From positions 78,340,545 through 78,404,544 of the forward strand of contig NC_068991.1 of NCBI RefSeq assembly GCF_001194135.2: a stretch of DNA of 64,000 bases, given 5' to 3'. Source of the DNA: Octopus bimaculoides (lineage: Eukaryota). The position numbers were made by a program, and so were the translations under genes. The notes beneath the pieces are model-generated. The model was not told the origin of the DNA. It saw only the letters and a program-made list of their open reading frames with translations, and searched no databases. Shown one piece after another: positions 25,905 to 37,147 of this stretch (positions are counted from its first letter, which is position 1; the number at the start of each line of letters is the position of its first letter).

Positions 25905-26574
25905 TTATATATACACACTTGCAAATTTTATTGTTTGATATTTGTCTGCTTTAGTCTTGCTTCATTTTAGTTGCTAAAGCAATTTTTTTTTATTTCTTTT
26001 CCAGGTTGACCCCTTGCATATTGGAACATCTGATTATTCTGTATCAGCAGATTTGGCGACGCCTTCATATTTTAAGAACCACATAGTCATGCCACTCAAG
26101 AGTATAGCATCCAGTATCAAATAAAGTATTTTAGACTTGTTGAGTCTTTGAGAATCTTATTCCATTATTGTACTCTGTTCTGTAATTCAATTGCTAAAAT
26201 GTGGGGTAAAATTGAAAGTTTTACTGTTTTCTTGTAACATTTTAATCGTCATGATTTAAAGGTATAAAAATATCAAACACATCTTCAATGGGTAGCAAAC
26301 ACTGGTTTTACGTAACATTTCTATACGGTGTCTTAATATTCCTGGTCTTCAAAATCTGTACCTCTTAATTCACTCCTATGGTTTACACTTTGTTGCATGC
26401 TTTTTGCAATTGAGGATTTTTACAAGTTTTTCTTATGTTGTGTGTGTGTGCGTGTGTAAGTCACAAAAGAAACCAATTTTATCCATTAAAAAATGCTAAT
26501 TCAATGGTTTAGAATGGATTTTTAAATCATTCTGTGTAGGGAATTCTTGCTGATTTCTTGCATTTTCCTTTCAG

Positions 26575-26633
26575 TTGTCACATGGTAAAAAGACAGAAAA
26601 TGCTGACAAAAAGCCAACAGATAGAGCATTTCC
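26575..26633 (+). CDS. RBM4: lark/RBM4-like, coding exon 3
   Basis: TTTTCCTTTCAG acceptor; LSHGKKTENADKKPTDRAF+CC gives an RRM-ending RVELSHG; GTGAGT donor; phase 0 to 2 joins 27594 in frame. Confidence 0.8.
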
Positions 26634-27593
26634 GTGAGTTGCTTGACATTATTTTGTTTTCTCCGTTTTATTTTAAAAACTTCATTCCAATTAGCTCTGT
26701 TAATTAACTCTTGATCCCAACACGTGCCTCAGACCTCTTGGTGACAATACAAAACAGCCCATTTCAAAATGTTCATATTTGAATTAAAATTGTTGACCAA
26801 TTCAAACAGCAGCTTAAAAGCAACAAATTCTTGGTTATGAAAAGGTTAACGTGTTTGGTAGCACCCTATCTGAGGCCTCTTGTTTTATGGTACACAACCT
26901 ATTTTAAAGTGTTCATATTTAAGTTTTAAATTTTTTTATCGGAATTTTGTACAAGAACATGCTGAGAAATCATTTTACTAAATTTGTAGTTTTTTTTAAA
27001 ATTAATTCCCAAATTTATTCAAATACAGGCAATGCATTTTATTAAAGTATTATTGTGAAGACTTAACCATTAATTCCCTTTTCTTTCTAGCAAGGGGTAA
27101 ACCCAACATTAAGTTTTGCACGTTGGGGAATTTGACCCACTGAATCCTAGTGTATGATCAGAGGACACAGTTCATAGCTTCAGTTCATTTTGACCCTCAT
27201 AACCTCTCTAACTTTTGAATGCATCAATAACACAATGTGAAGAGGCCTGTATGTTTATTGGAAATTATTTTGATAGGGGTCAAACATCTCAGCCAGCCAT
27301 TCAGTTTTATTTAATCTGTTTAGTTCTTGGGTACATTCTGAAGACATTCACTACTACTATGGTTCAAATTCATAATTCCTGTAATTGTGATCTTTCTCAA
27401 GAATTTAGAACAAAATTATCAACTGCTTTTAAATATTCCTGGGTTCTGGGGAATAATGTTGGTTTCATTTGGCTTTTATTCTTTTAAAATTCTCTGTGTT
27501 GCTTATGCATCTGTGGTTCATCATGTACTTGTGTTTTGTCTATTGAAGACCAAGAAAGCCTTTGGGCCAAGGAGGACTATCCAATTTTAACAG

Positions 27594-28019
27594 TCGTTTC
27601 ACACCCGGCAGCTTTAACAACAACAACAGCAACAACAACAACAACTGGCCAGACAACTATGACCAAAGGCCACGGTTTCGTGACAACTTCCCAGATTATT
27701 ATGAAAGGGATGGACGAATGTCGTCTGTTCCAGACAGGTATCCAGGTGGACCGATGTCCGACAGAATGGGATCCATGCAAGACAGGTACCCTGCCCAAGG
27801 ACCGCCAAGAGATCGCATGATGCCTCCACCACACTCAGAAAGATTCCCTTCCTCCCAGCCTGACAGAATGAGACCCTCCAGTCCATTTGATCGAAGGGGA
27901 GCACCACCGCCTCCTCATGCAATGAGAGACAACTACTATATGGACAGAGACCCTTACTACCGTGAGAGAAGCCCTCTTTCTCGGATGCCTCCCGATTATT
28001 ATGATAGAAATATGAAAAG
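27594..28019 (+). CDS. RBM4: lark/RBM4-like, coding exon 4 (poly-N plus R/D/P/M/Y low-complexity region)
   Basis: AACAG acceptor; (P)RFTPGSFNNNN...DRYPGGPMSDRM...PDYYDRNMK+AG; donor GTCAGT at 28020; GC-richer than the flanks. Confidence 0.85.
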
Positions 28020-28132
28020 GTCAGTATTTTTCCTTTTTTGATTGTTACCACGTTTTATGATTATGTATTGATTTAGTCGATCCTCTCTTCTTACGGAAAT
28101 CTCTCTTACCTCACTTTTCGTTTTCCTTACAG

Positions 28133-28952
28133 AGACTACCCACCTTCTCCTTACCAGAATAACGATAACATGGGTGGCTTCAAGAGAGACACTCCGATGG
28201 GTCGAGACATGGGTATGCGATCGATGGGCATGGACGCTCCAGTCCGAGACCAGATGCCATCTTCTCGTGGTGGAATGGAACCAATGAGGAGAGACAATAT
28301 GGTTGGCAATAGGGGTCCTGGTCCTATGGGGGTCGGTCGAGATGCCTACAGGCAAGGAGGAGATTCAATGGACCATCACAACATGGNNNNNNNNNNNNNN
28401 NNNNNNNNNNNNNNNNNNNNNNNNNNNNNNNNNNNNNNNNNNNNNNNNNNNNNNNNNNNNNNNNNNNNNNNNNNNNNNNNNNNNNNNNNNNNNNNNNNNN
28501 NNNNNNNNNNNNNNNNNNNNNNNNNNNNNNNNNNNNNNNNNNNNNNNNNNNNNNNNNNNNNNNNNNNNNNNNNNNNNNNNNNNNNNNNNNNNNNNNNNNN
28601 NNNNNNNNNNNNNNNNNNNNNNNNNNNNNNNNNNNNNNNNNNNNNNNNNNNNNNNNNNNNNNNNNNNNNNNNNNNNNNNNNNNNNNNNNNNNNNNNNNNN
28701 NNNNNNNNNNNNNNNNNNNNNNNNNNNNNNNNNNNNNNNNNNNNNNNNNNNNNNNNNNNNNNNNNNNNNNNNNNNNNNNNNNNNNNNNNNNNNNNNNNNN
28801 NNNNNNNNNNNNNNNNNNNNNNNNNNNNNNNNNNNNNNNNNNNNNNNNNNNNNNNNNNNNNNNNNNNNNNNNNNNNNNNNNNNNNNNNNNNNNNNNNNNN
28901 NNNNNNNNNNNAAGATATGAATCCTTTCTCAGATTATAGATACTACTACTAA
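28133..28952 (+). CDS. RBM4: lark/RBM4-like, coding exon 5 (G/M/R/D-rich; interrupted by gap 28387-28911)
   Basis: TTTTCCTTACAG acceptor; (R)DYPPSPYQNNDNMGGFKRDTPMGRDMG... open until the gap. The end DMNPFSDYRYYY* (TAA 28950-28952) is plausible, but frame across the gap cannot be verified. Confidence 0.7.
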
Positions 28953-31289
28953 TAATGATAATAATAGTGGTTCTTTGAAAAGTAAAAAAAACAAACCAAA
29001 AACATCTTCACCTTGTATTTTTGTTGGTGTTTATAAAAAAAAAAAAGAAAAACATATTTTTAAGTATCAAGATTTCATTGAGATTAATATTGTTTCCCAA
29101 GTGTTAAATACGAACAAAATACTTTTAACTCCTCATCCAAGTTTGTTCACTATACATAACATACCATCACAGACTGCATCAGTCGGTTTCTTTTCCCATC
29201 CCACCCCACATTTTATCCCCTACTTAGTATATACCCACACGTCTTTAACTGGATTATATATTATACAAATAAAATAGAAACAAAAGATTCCACACTTCTT
29301 TTTTTTTTTTTTTTTTTTCTAAGTCTTGTCAATTCACTCTTGTAGGATAAGCTTTCTATAGATATCTTCCATTGTGTGTGTTTGGTGTTTGTTAAGGCCC
29401 AGTGCTTTGAATTGTCTTCACTGAAACCATTATTGATCCTATCTGAATCCTAACCATCGGAGGGCAGATCTTCATTTTTCCAGCTCCATTTTCCTCATTT
29501 CAACTCTCAATCAACATCCACATTCTAATTTCATTTCTTCGATATTCCAACCTATTTTCATAATTCATTACCAAATTTATCGTTTTTGTTTTGGAACCTT
29601 GTTTTTCTTGATACCTCATATGCTGGTTTCCTTTCATTTCAGTTGATTCTTTAGAATTTTTGTGATGTTCTCAAATTAAATATGTTATAAATAATTTATT
29701 AGTGTAACATAATTTCAATATCATGTTCTTAATTGCTGCCTCAATTCTGCAAAAGTTTCTGACTTCTGTCTCGATTTAACAAAGGTAACTAGAAAACTGA
29801 TGTCATGTGTTTCTCTCTTGAAATTGTTGGTGATAAATTCCAAGGTGGTATTTTAAGGGAATAGGTATTAGTGTTTGCTTTATTTGTCTTTATTATTTAC
29901 AGTGGTATTTTTAATTCCCATAAACTGTTAGGCCTAACCCATACTGATTTTAATTTTGAATTTCAAATGTGATTAGAAGTTGCCATTAGTTGATGTCTCT
30001 TTTCAGATCATCTTTCATACCTCATCAATCTGTTAGCTCCGTGCAGACTAGCTTTCTCCATTAACAATGAAGAATTAACCACAAAATATGACACATGCTT
30101 CCATATACTCACCGATCAATGTTTTGATTGTCATTTAAATTTCATTTTCGTTCCTTAGTTTTTTTTTGTTTTTTTTTTTTAAGACAGTGTCCCCTTTTGC
30201 TTGTGATTCACTTCCAGCAAAATGAAACCACCCTTCCCTATTTGTCTTCCCCCCCCCTTCTTATCAGTATTAAGGTCTGCCATTGTTTTTCTATTTTGCT
30301 TTGAAATGTTTCTTGTGTAGAGAAAGATAAAAAAATTCATTTGAGTCATTTTATAGGATCTCTATTCTGACAGTATTTTTACTTAATGTTCTCCAACTCT
30401 ACCTGTGTGGAAACCTGCTCAATGTACTGCCTGCATTTCTTCATTTCATGTTTTCAATGTCTATCACTTAAAACAGAGCCATTACAAACTTTCAAAAAAG
30501 GAAAAATAAAAAAAAAAGGTGGCAAAGCAGAGTGAACAAAAACCATTTTTTTTTTTATCGTTATTATTATTTTACAAATTGTAATTTTAATATTGAGAGA
30601 AAAAATGGAAAATATTTCCCCACCTTTTTTGTGTTTGATATTTCTTAGCTGTAAGTTACCAATGTCTTAGATGTCTGTAAAATTTTTTTTAAAAAATAAA
30701 AAGAATATCAAAAGTTCGTTTTTCTTTCATGGTTGTTTGTTTTAGCTTTAAAAAATGCATGTTTCTGGATTCTATTTATATTGTTGCGTCTGGGAAGAGT
30801 CAATGCCTTATTAACACACTCACTGGTTCAATTTCTGCTCCTCCCACCCCAATTGTCATTGCTTCTTGCAACCGAAGCAACGGAAATTTTAAGTGGAAAA
30901 TACAAAAACGAGCGGAAATTGAATCCGTGTGTTAATTAATAAGGCATTAAAACAATGACTCTTCCAAGACAACAAACTATGCTTCAACACACAAATTCAC
31001 ATAAAGAATCTTGTAAACTAAATACGAAAACAAGATGGCATGTAAAAAGCACCATTCAAGCGTGGTCGTTGCCAGTGCTACCGGACTGGCTCCTGTGCCA
31101 GTGACACATAAAAGCACCCACTACACTCTCTGAGTGGTTGGTGTTAGGAAGGGCATCCAGCTGTAGAAACTCTGCCAAATCAGATTGGAGTCTGGTGTTG
31201 CCATCCGGTTTCACCAGTCCTCAGTCAAACTGTCCAACCCATGCCAGCATGGAAAGCGGACGTTAAACGACAACGATGATGATGAGAAT

Positions 31290-31620
31290 ATATGGGCTGC
31301 ATTTGACAATTTGCATAATTGTAAAAGAAAACACAATATCCTATCCAAAAGTAAAAGTATTTAAAAAAAAAAATTAAATATCCACTGGATTATGGCTGGG
31401 AGACGAGTTTATTCAATGTTGTCATCTTCGGCTTCCTTTATGACCTCAAGATGGCTCCAGGATCTGGCACATATATTCCTCACTGTGTCCTTGGGAAGAT
31501 TTTCAAACACCTTGATGTTGGCTACCAGCTTCGCATTGGTGTTGCATGCCATGTTGCTGATGTCTTTTCTTATTCTGTACCCCACACATAGTAATCCATG
31601 GGATTACAATCAGCAGAAAC
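31290..31620 (-). mobile_element. Tc1/mariner-superfamily transposase C-terminal remnant with degenerate end
   Basis: Reads SADCNPMDYYVWG (SPDxNP motif), then after a frameshift IRKDISNMACNTNAKLVANIKVFENLPKDTVRNICARSWSHLEVIKEAEDDNIE* (stop 31411-31409). Confidence 0.75.
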
Positions 31621-32094
31621 TAACGTTTCTGCTAGCTTGCTGCCCTGAATATATTTTGGTAATTGATAGCATAAATACTAAGATATTACACTTAGTTTGT
31701 GTTGAAGTTGTAAAATTTCTTGCTCCAGAATAACTGCAGCCACATGGCTGAAACAAAAGAATGACCACTTCTGACTCTTTTGGGAGATATGGCCAGGAGC
31801 TGAATCCTACTATCACACATAAAAGGCAAAGTCTACCTTGGTTTTTGAACTCAGAATGTAACGACAGACGAAATATCGGTAAGCATTTCACCTGGCGTGC
31901 TAACGTTTCTGCTAGCTTGCTGCCCTGAATATATTTTGGTAATTGATAGCATAAATACTAAGATATTACACTACTAATTAAGTGGGTAATTAAAAAATTT
32001 GATTACAAATTAATCCCTGCTCGAGCAGTGGCAAGTGCCTGATAACTCATCTCAAGTTTCTTGGATGGTAATCAACCCCCAAAAGGAAGTGCTT

Positions 32095-32343
32095 TTATCT
32101 GAAGTCTTTTAACAGGTACCAAAGGTGAAACAACATTTTAACTGTTTTGATAACATCCCACCTGACACTGCTCCTGGTTCTCTGATAAAAACTTCCTGTT
32201 TTAAGGTAATCTAAATTAAAATCTCCCATCAAAAAATTTAATTTATTGTTCAAACACCAGCTTAATAACACGACAGTTATTTTAATAAATTTTTCATTTT
32301 TTTCAAAATTAAGCAGTCCAATCATCTCAGGTAATTCCAGCAT
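32095..32343 (-). mobile_element. Possible degraded LINE AP-endonuclease remnant
   Basis: Only the motif FLMGDFNLDYLK (APE GDFN signature) is recognisable. Confidence 0.4.
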
Positions 32344-33203
32344 TGACCTGCTGGACTTCCAAAAGCAGTTTATCTATGACTACATTGTCTAATGTGTCAA
32401 CGTTTTGTGACTGCAAGGCATTATTTGGTTGCTATTTTTAGAATATGAACAAAAGATCAGCTATGGTTGAGTGAATTTATCCTGTTTTATGAATATAGGA
32501 TAGGAATACATGACCTGATGTGTCCTTTCCTACTAAGATAGTACGGTGCAATTATGGCTGCTATTTCTAACAGGATTGGTACAATCATTTAGGTATCTTT
32601 ATGTCTGTATGGCCTTTTTCATTCCGAGTTCAAATCTTGTTGAGGGCATCACTTTATCTTTCATCCTTCCTGGATTGATAAAACAATATACCATTATCAA
32701 TTAAACGTTTCACATTTGACTTTCAATGGATACCAATGGTTAAACAACATTTTAAAGTAGTTGAAATTTCATCATCATCATCATCAAACAGGCTCTTTTC
32801 CATACTTGTTGAAGTAGATTTCCTATGGCTTGATGCCCTGTCTGTTACCAAATCCCAACTGTTGTCCAAGCAAGCTAATATTTCCCATGGCCTGACTTGT
32901 TTTTCGCAGGAAACTGGAAATGAATGATATGGATTGTATGACTATCAGGCTCATTTCCTGTCATCATGAGATCTCACACACAACTTAAGGTATGCTATCA
33001 AAAGGGCTTCCTTCTCTCTCCAAAATGGATTCATAGGTGCTCAGAGCAAACTGCTTTACTTTTAACTGTCCATCTTTCCCACCACCTCAGAAATATTGCT
33101 GTTTTCATTGGTACATTTTGCCTGTTCAAAGTTAGTATAGGACGGTAGTGAGCTGCTGTATTTCCCAAGGCTGGCTACGTCTGATACAGAAATACAAGAT
33201 TGG

Positions 33204-33420
33204 GGGTGAGCTGGCAGAAACATTAGCACGCCAGGTGAAATGCTTAGCGGTATTTCGTCTGCCGTTACGTTCTGAGTTCAAATTCTGCCGAGGTCGACTT
33301 TGCCTTTCATCCTTTCGGGGTCGATAAATTAAGTACCAGTTATGTACTGTGGTCGATGTAATCGACTTAACCCCTTTGTTTGTGCTTGTTTAGCCCCTTG
33401 TGTGCAATAAAGAAATAAGA
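33204..33420 (+). mobile_element. SINE family B (tRNA-like head)
   Basis: GGTGAGCTGGCAGAA...GAGTTCAAATTC (B-box-like)...GGGGTCGATAAATTAAGTACCAG; further copies at 31780-31925 (-), 59320-59470 (-), 61389-61776 (-), 62059-62470 (+). Confidence 0.75.
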
Positions 33421-33544
33421 TTGTAATCATCCTGTGTTTCTTGAGTATTTGAAGCATTTGGTGAGTGATGTGAAACTTCAGTGACTTGTTAGCGATGAAC
33501 ATTTCAGGTTGTTGGGGCAGATTCCCTTGATGTTGACATTAAGG

Positions 33545-33740
33545 CCTGACTGGCCTTCGTGCGGGTGACACGTAAAAGCACCCACTACACTCTGAGTAGT
33601 TGGCGTTAGGAAGGGCATCCAGCTGTAGAAACTCTGCTAAATCAGATTGGAGCCTGGTGTTGCCATCCGGTTTCACCAGTCCTCAGTCAAATCGTCCAAC
33701 CCATGCTAGCATGGAAAGCGGACGTTAAACGATGATGATA
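33545..33740 (+). mobile_element. RTE LINE 3' UTR copy with (GAT)n tail
   Basis: High similarity to 40490-40784. Confidence 0.8.
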
Positions 33741-33979
33741 TACATATATATATGATGTAGTCGTTGGTTATGGCTTGTCAGAAAGTTACCATTGCTTGCA
33801 ATGTAGGCAACCCATCAAACCTGTTGGCCAGAGACACCTCTTTTCTAATGCAGGTAAGAATACAATCTTGGTCTGCATGGTGGTGAAAATAAACCCTGAA
33901 ACAAAATTCTTCGAAGCGAACACTCCTTCTGAGTGAGACGGTGTTATCTTCCTTTCAATGGTTCCAGTTGCGTCACATT

Positions 33980-34600
33980 TTCTGTTCACTAGTCAGCAAG
34001 CGGGGAAGCCCATGTCTTCAACATCAATTTTCTCTCATAAGGGAAAACGACTAAACACCTCACTTTTTGACTTTAAGAAGGACCCCAGATCAAGCAAAGT
34101 TTGCATCATCAGCTTCCATTGAGATATGGTCCAGGCTGTTCCAGGAACTTCCATTTAATCCTGTAACACATTCTTCTTTGAAACCATATGTAGCTGGCGG
34201 AAGATGTAACGTTGTGCCTCTCTCAGATCTTAGAAGAGGACATCTGGTTACTGCAACTTAAAAGGCTCTCCGTTGAGCCAACATATTTTTGTGTGTCCTT
34301 ACGTTGTTGGTGCTGTTACTGCTGGACACATTGAGTGCTGCTGCCGTTCCTGATGGACATGTTGGTGCTACTGCCATCGTTTCTGCTGTTACTGATGGAT
34401 GCTCCCTATACCTCATAGACCACAGCCTCGGACCGTCTACTGGGCACTCACTGTTAACCCTACTTGGGCATCCTGCCTCTGTGCACACACAACTGAATGA
34501 GATCCTTAAGTTGTGTCTATTCAATAATCGTCCGTACCTATGGGATTGTGTGAAATACGTATCCCCTAATCTAAGAAAGATCCTTTCCACGCAAATTTTG
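33980..34600 (-). mobile_element. Penelope-like element remnant (RT linker plus GIY-YIG endonuclease)
   Basis: Across frames: IFLRLGDTYFTQSHRYGRLLNRHNLRISFSC (PLE linker), CPSRVNSECPVDG (Cys motif), KYVGSTE (YIG), SYIW...IKWKFLEQPGPYLNGS**CKLCL; in-frame stops and frameshifts. Confidence 0.8.
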
Positions 34601-35334
34601 AAAAGAAAAAATGTAAGGGAAAAGAATGGATGGACAGGGATGGATTGAGTTACATTGGGTTTAAGACAAAGGAAGGGAAAGATATATATACCTAGGCTAA
34701 AATGTACAACAGAAGGTATAGAACTTTCACCAAGCCTATCAGAGTTATTCCCCCTCGTATCCTTTTTCTTTTGTGTGTCTCTCCGTGCTGAAACTATACA
34801 GTCTTCATCTACAAGAAATATTCAAAAGAAAGCATTAAATAGTGAAATAAGTTGAGTCGGTGAATTGTTGTTGTTGTTGTTTAATTCCAGGTTGGGCCTC
34901 TTCGAGCAGGTCTATGATCAAGTGAGTTTCAACTGTGACTAACTCTTCCTTTTCTTTAGAATATTTATCAGGACTACATCATCCTAATCTTATCTTTTAC
35001 AAAACGATAAGGTGTGACATGAAGGTTTGGTCGCTACCTCAAGCTCTTCAAGCAATCACGTAGAGGCTCCTTCACCAGAGGAATGGTTGTTGTTCACCCC
35101 AGGCTAGTCTGCTCAAGTCGTTTGGTCATCTCAGTCCTTCGCCCCACAAAAAAGCATAGTATATTTAAGACTGCATAGTCTTGTGTCTGCTTCTTTATGA
35201 GAGTAAGGCATTATTTGAAGGATATTTGGCTTCTATTTATAACAGACCGAGCGACCACTTGTCGCTCAATTGATGCAAGCGAACGATCATCAGTTGTATA
35301 GCCCTAGGTCAGACATTGTTGAGTAGGCCTAGAA

Positions 35335-35612
35335 CGGGTTTTCAAACTATGGTCCGCAAGGACAAGACAGCAAATACTTTTTATGGGCAATTTGATTTTA
35401 TATATGTTTTTAAATCGAAATCTTTTAATTGACAATAAACCTATTTGTTAAATACTGTTAAATAAATAAATGTAAAAATATATGTTATTTTAAGCAAATA
35501 TTTATGTATAAATTTCATAAGCGTTTATAAGGGTTGGGTTAGGGTTAGGGTTAGGGTTAGTAAAGCCTGAAATATAAAGGAGTCCGCAAGTCGAAAAGTT
35601 TGAAAACCCCTG
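35335..35612. mobile_element. hAT-type MITE, 278 bp, containing TTAGGG repeats
   Basis: Exact 8-bp TSD GCCTAGAA (35327-35334 / 35613-35620); TIRs CGGGTTTTCAAACT / AGTTTGAAAACCCCTG. Confidence 0.85.
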
Positions 35613-36345
35613 GCCTAGAATACGATTAGTACAATATCTTATGAATATATAGTGCTACATTACCCAATGTTGTAAGACAATACTGTGCGATTTGAACTGC
35701 TATTTCTAGCAGAATTAGTACAACCGATAGGCTGTAAATAAATATAGATGATTAAAGAAATTTTCTCCTCAAAACAGCTTCGTGTTTAATATAATGTCAT
35801 ATTAAAATTAGTGCAACGAAGGTTATCCTTAAAATATCGGTATGGGAAATCAGTTAAAACTGTGTTTCTTATATGTAGGCTTCACCCCACCACTTAGTTG
35901 GAGAGGCAAGAGCTTTTCAAAAGCAAATTGCCATGTTTAAAAAAGGTTGAAATTGTTTTGAAACATGTCCAATGCCTTAACAAAGAAAGGATTTATTTGG
36001 ATGAAAACTGAAATTTGTCTTGGAATGGTTGAATCGTTAAAGCGTCGGAAAAAATGCTTGAGGCCGACTTTGGCTTTCATCCCCGTTGTGGTCGATAAAA
36101 TAAAGTACCAATGAAATACTAGAGATGACGTAATCAAATTACTTCTCTAAATTGTTGGCCTTTTGTGAGAAAAAGAAAGAAAATAATGAAAAAGGGCGAG
36201 TAAAAAAATTCACTTTTGGTGGATATCTGAGTAGAGTTTTCCCTAAGCTGTGCGTAGGAAGGGATAATGAAGAGAAATGTGTGCATGCAAGACTTCCAAG
36301 ATGAAATTAGATATCTTTCTTTTAATTGAAGAAATTTGAGCAATA

Positions 36346-36508
36346 GGCGCAGGAGTGGCTGTGTGGTAAGTAGCTTGCTCACCAACCACATGGTTCTGGG
36401 TTCAGCCCCACTGTATGGCACCTTGGGCAAGTGTCTTCTACTATAGCCTCGGGCCGATCAAAGCCTTGTGAGTGGATTTGGTAGACGGAAACTGAAAGAA
36501 GCCCGTCG

Positions 36509-36549
<41 letters not shown>

Positions 36550-36766
36550 GTATATGTTTGTGTGTCTGTGTCTGTGTTTGTCCCCTCAACATCGCTTGAC
36601 AACCGATGGTGGTGTGTTTACCTCCTCGTAACTTAGTGGTTTGGCAAAAGAGACCGATAGAATAAGTACTAGGCTTACAAAGAATAAGTCTTGGGGTCGA
36701 TTTGCTCGACTAAAGGCGGTGCTCCAGCATGGCCGCAGTCAAATGACTGAAACAAGTAAAAGAGTA
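36346..36766 (+). mobile_element. SINE family A, near full length, with internal (TA)/(TATG)/(TG) microsatellite
   Basis: tRNA-like A-box (TGGCTGTGTGG) and B-box (GGTTCAGCCC), conserved core, microsatellite, then 3' part ending GAAACAAGTAAAAGAGTA; at least 8 related copies in the window. Confidence 0.8.
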
Positions 36767-37047
36767 TTGGTTACTTGCATAGATGCACACATACTTTGCA
36801 AAAGAAAGACAAAATTTTGCACAGATCCTCAGCTAAAAATAACAGAGGGAACATTGGGGTAAGGGCTGAATTCGTCAGTTTGAGAACCAAACAAATAAAG
36901 GGTCTCAGCGATTAATTTTCGATAAACACTGCTGCGTTGGATATAAAATTAACTCTCGACGAAGGAAGGCCATAAAACAAAGCCGAACGTCAGTTATCTC
37001 CCCGTGTTGTGCAACTCTTCACAATTGAATGCAACAACATCGACAAA

Positions 37048-37147
37048 ATGTCGTCGGAGAAGTTTGAGTGTCTCGAAGACGATTTGAACGGAGTTTTAGA
37101 ACAATTAAAGAAATATATTCACGATGAAATCCCTGTATTATACGGCG
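37048..37147 (+). CDS. VTI1B: VTI1B exon 1
   Basis: MSSEKFECLEDDLNGVLEQLKKYIHDEIPVLYG+G; GTAAGT donor; N-terminus resembles VTI1B SSEHFE. Confidence 0.9.

Noticed and set aside
27577-28355. Minus-strand ORFs of 85-145 aa
   Set aside because: Antisense shadows of the GC-rich RBM4-like exons
34289-34648. 119-aa plus-strand ORF with a signal-peptide-like start
   Set aside because: Antisense to the Penelope-like remnant
36346-36420. tRNA-like A/B boxes (also at the SINE-B heads)
   Set aside because: These are SINE heads; no complete cloverleaf or tRNA gene found in the window
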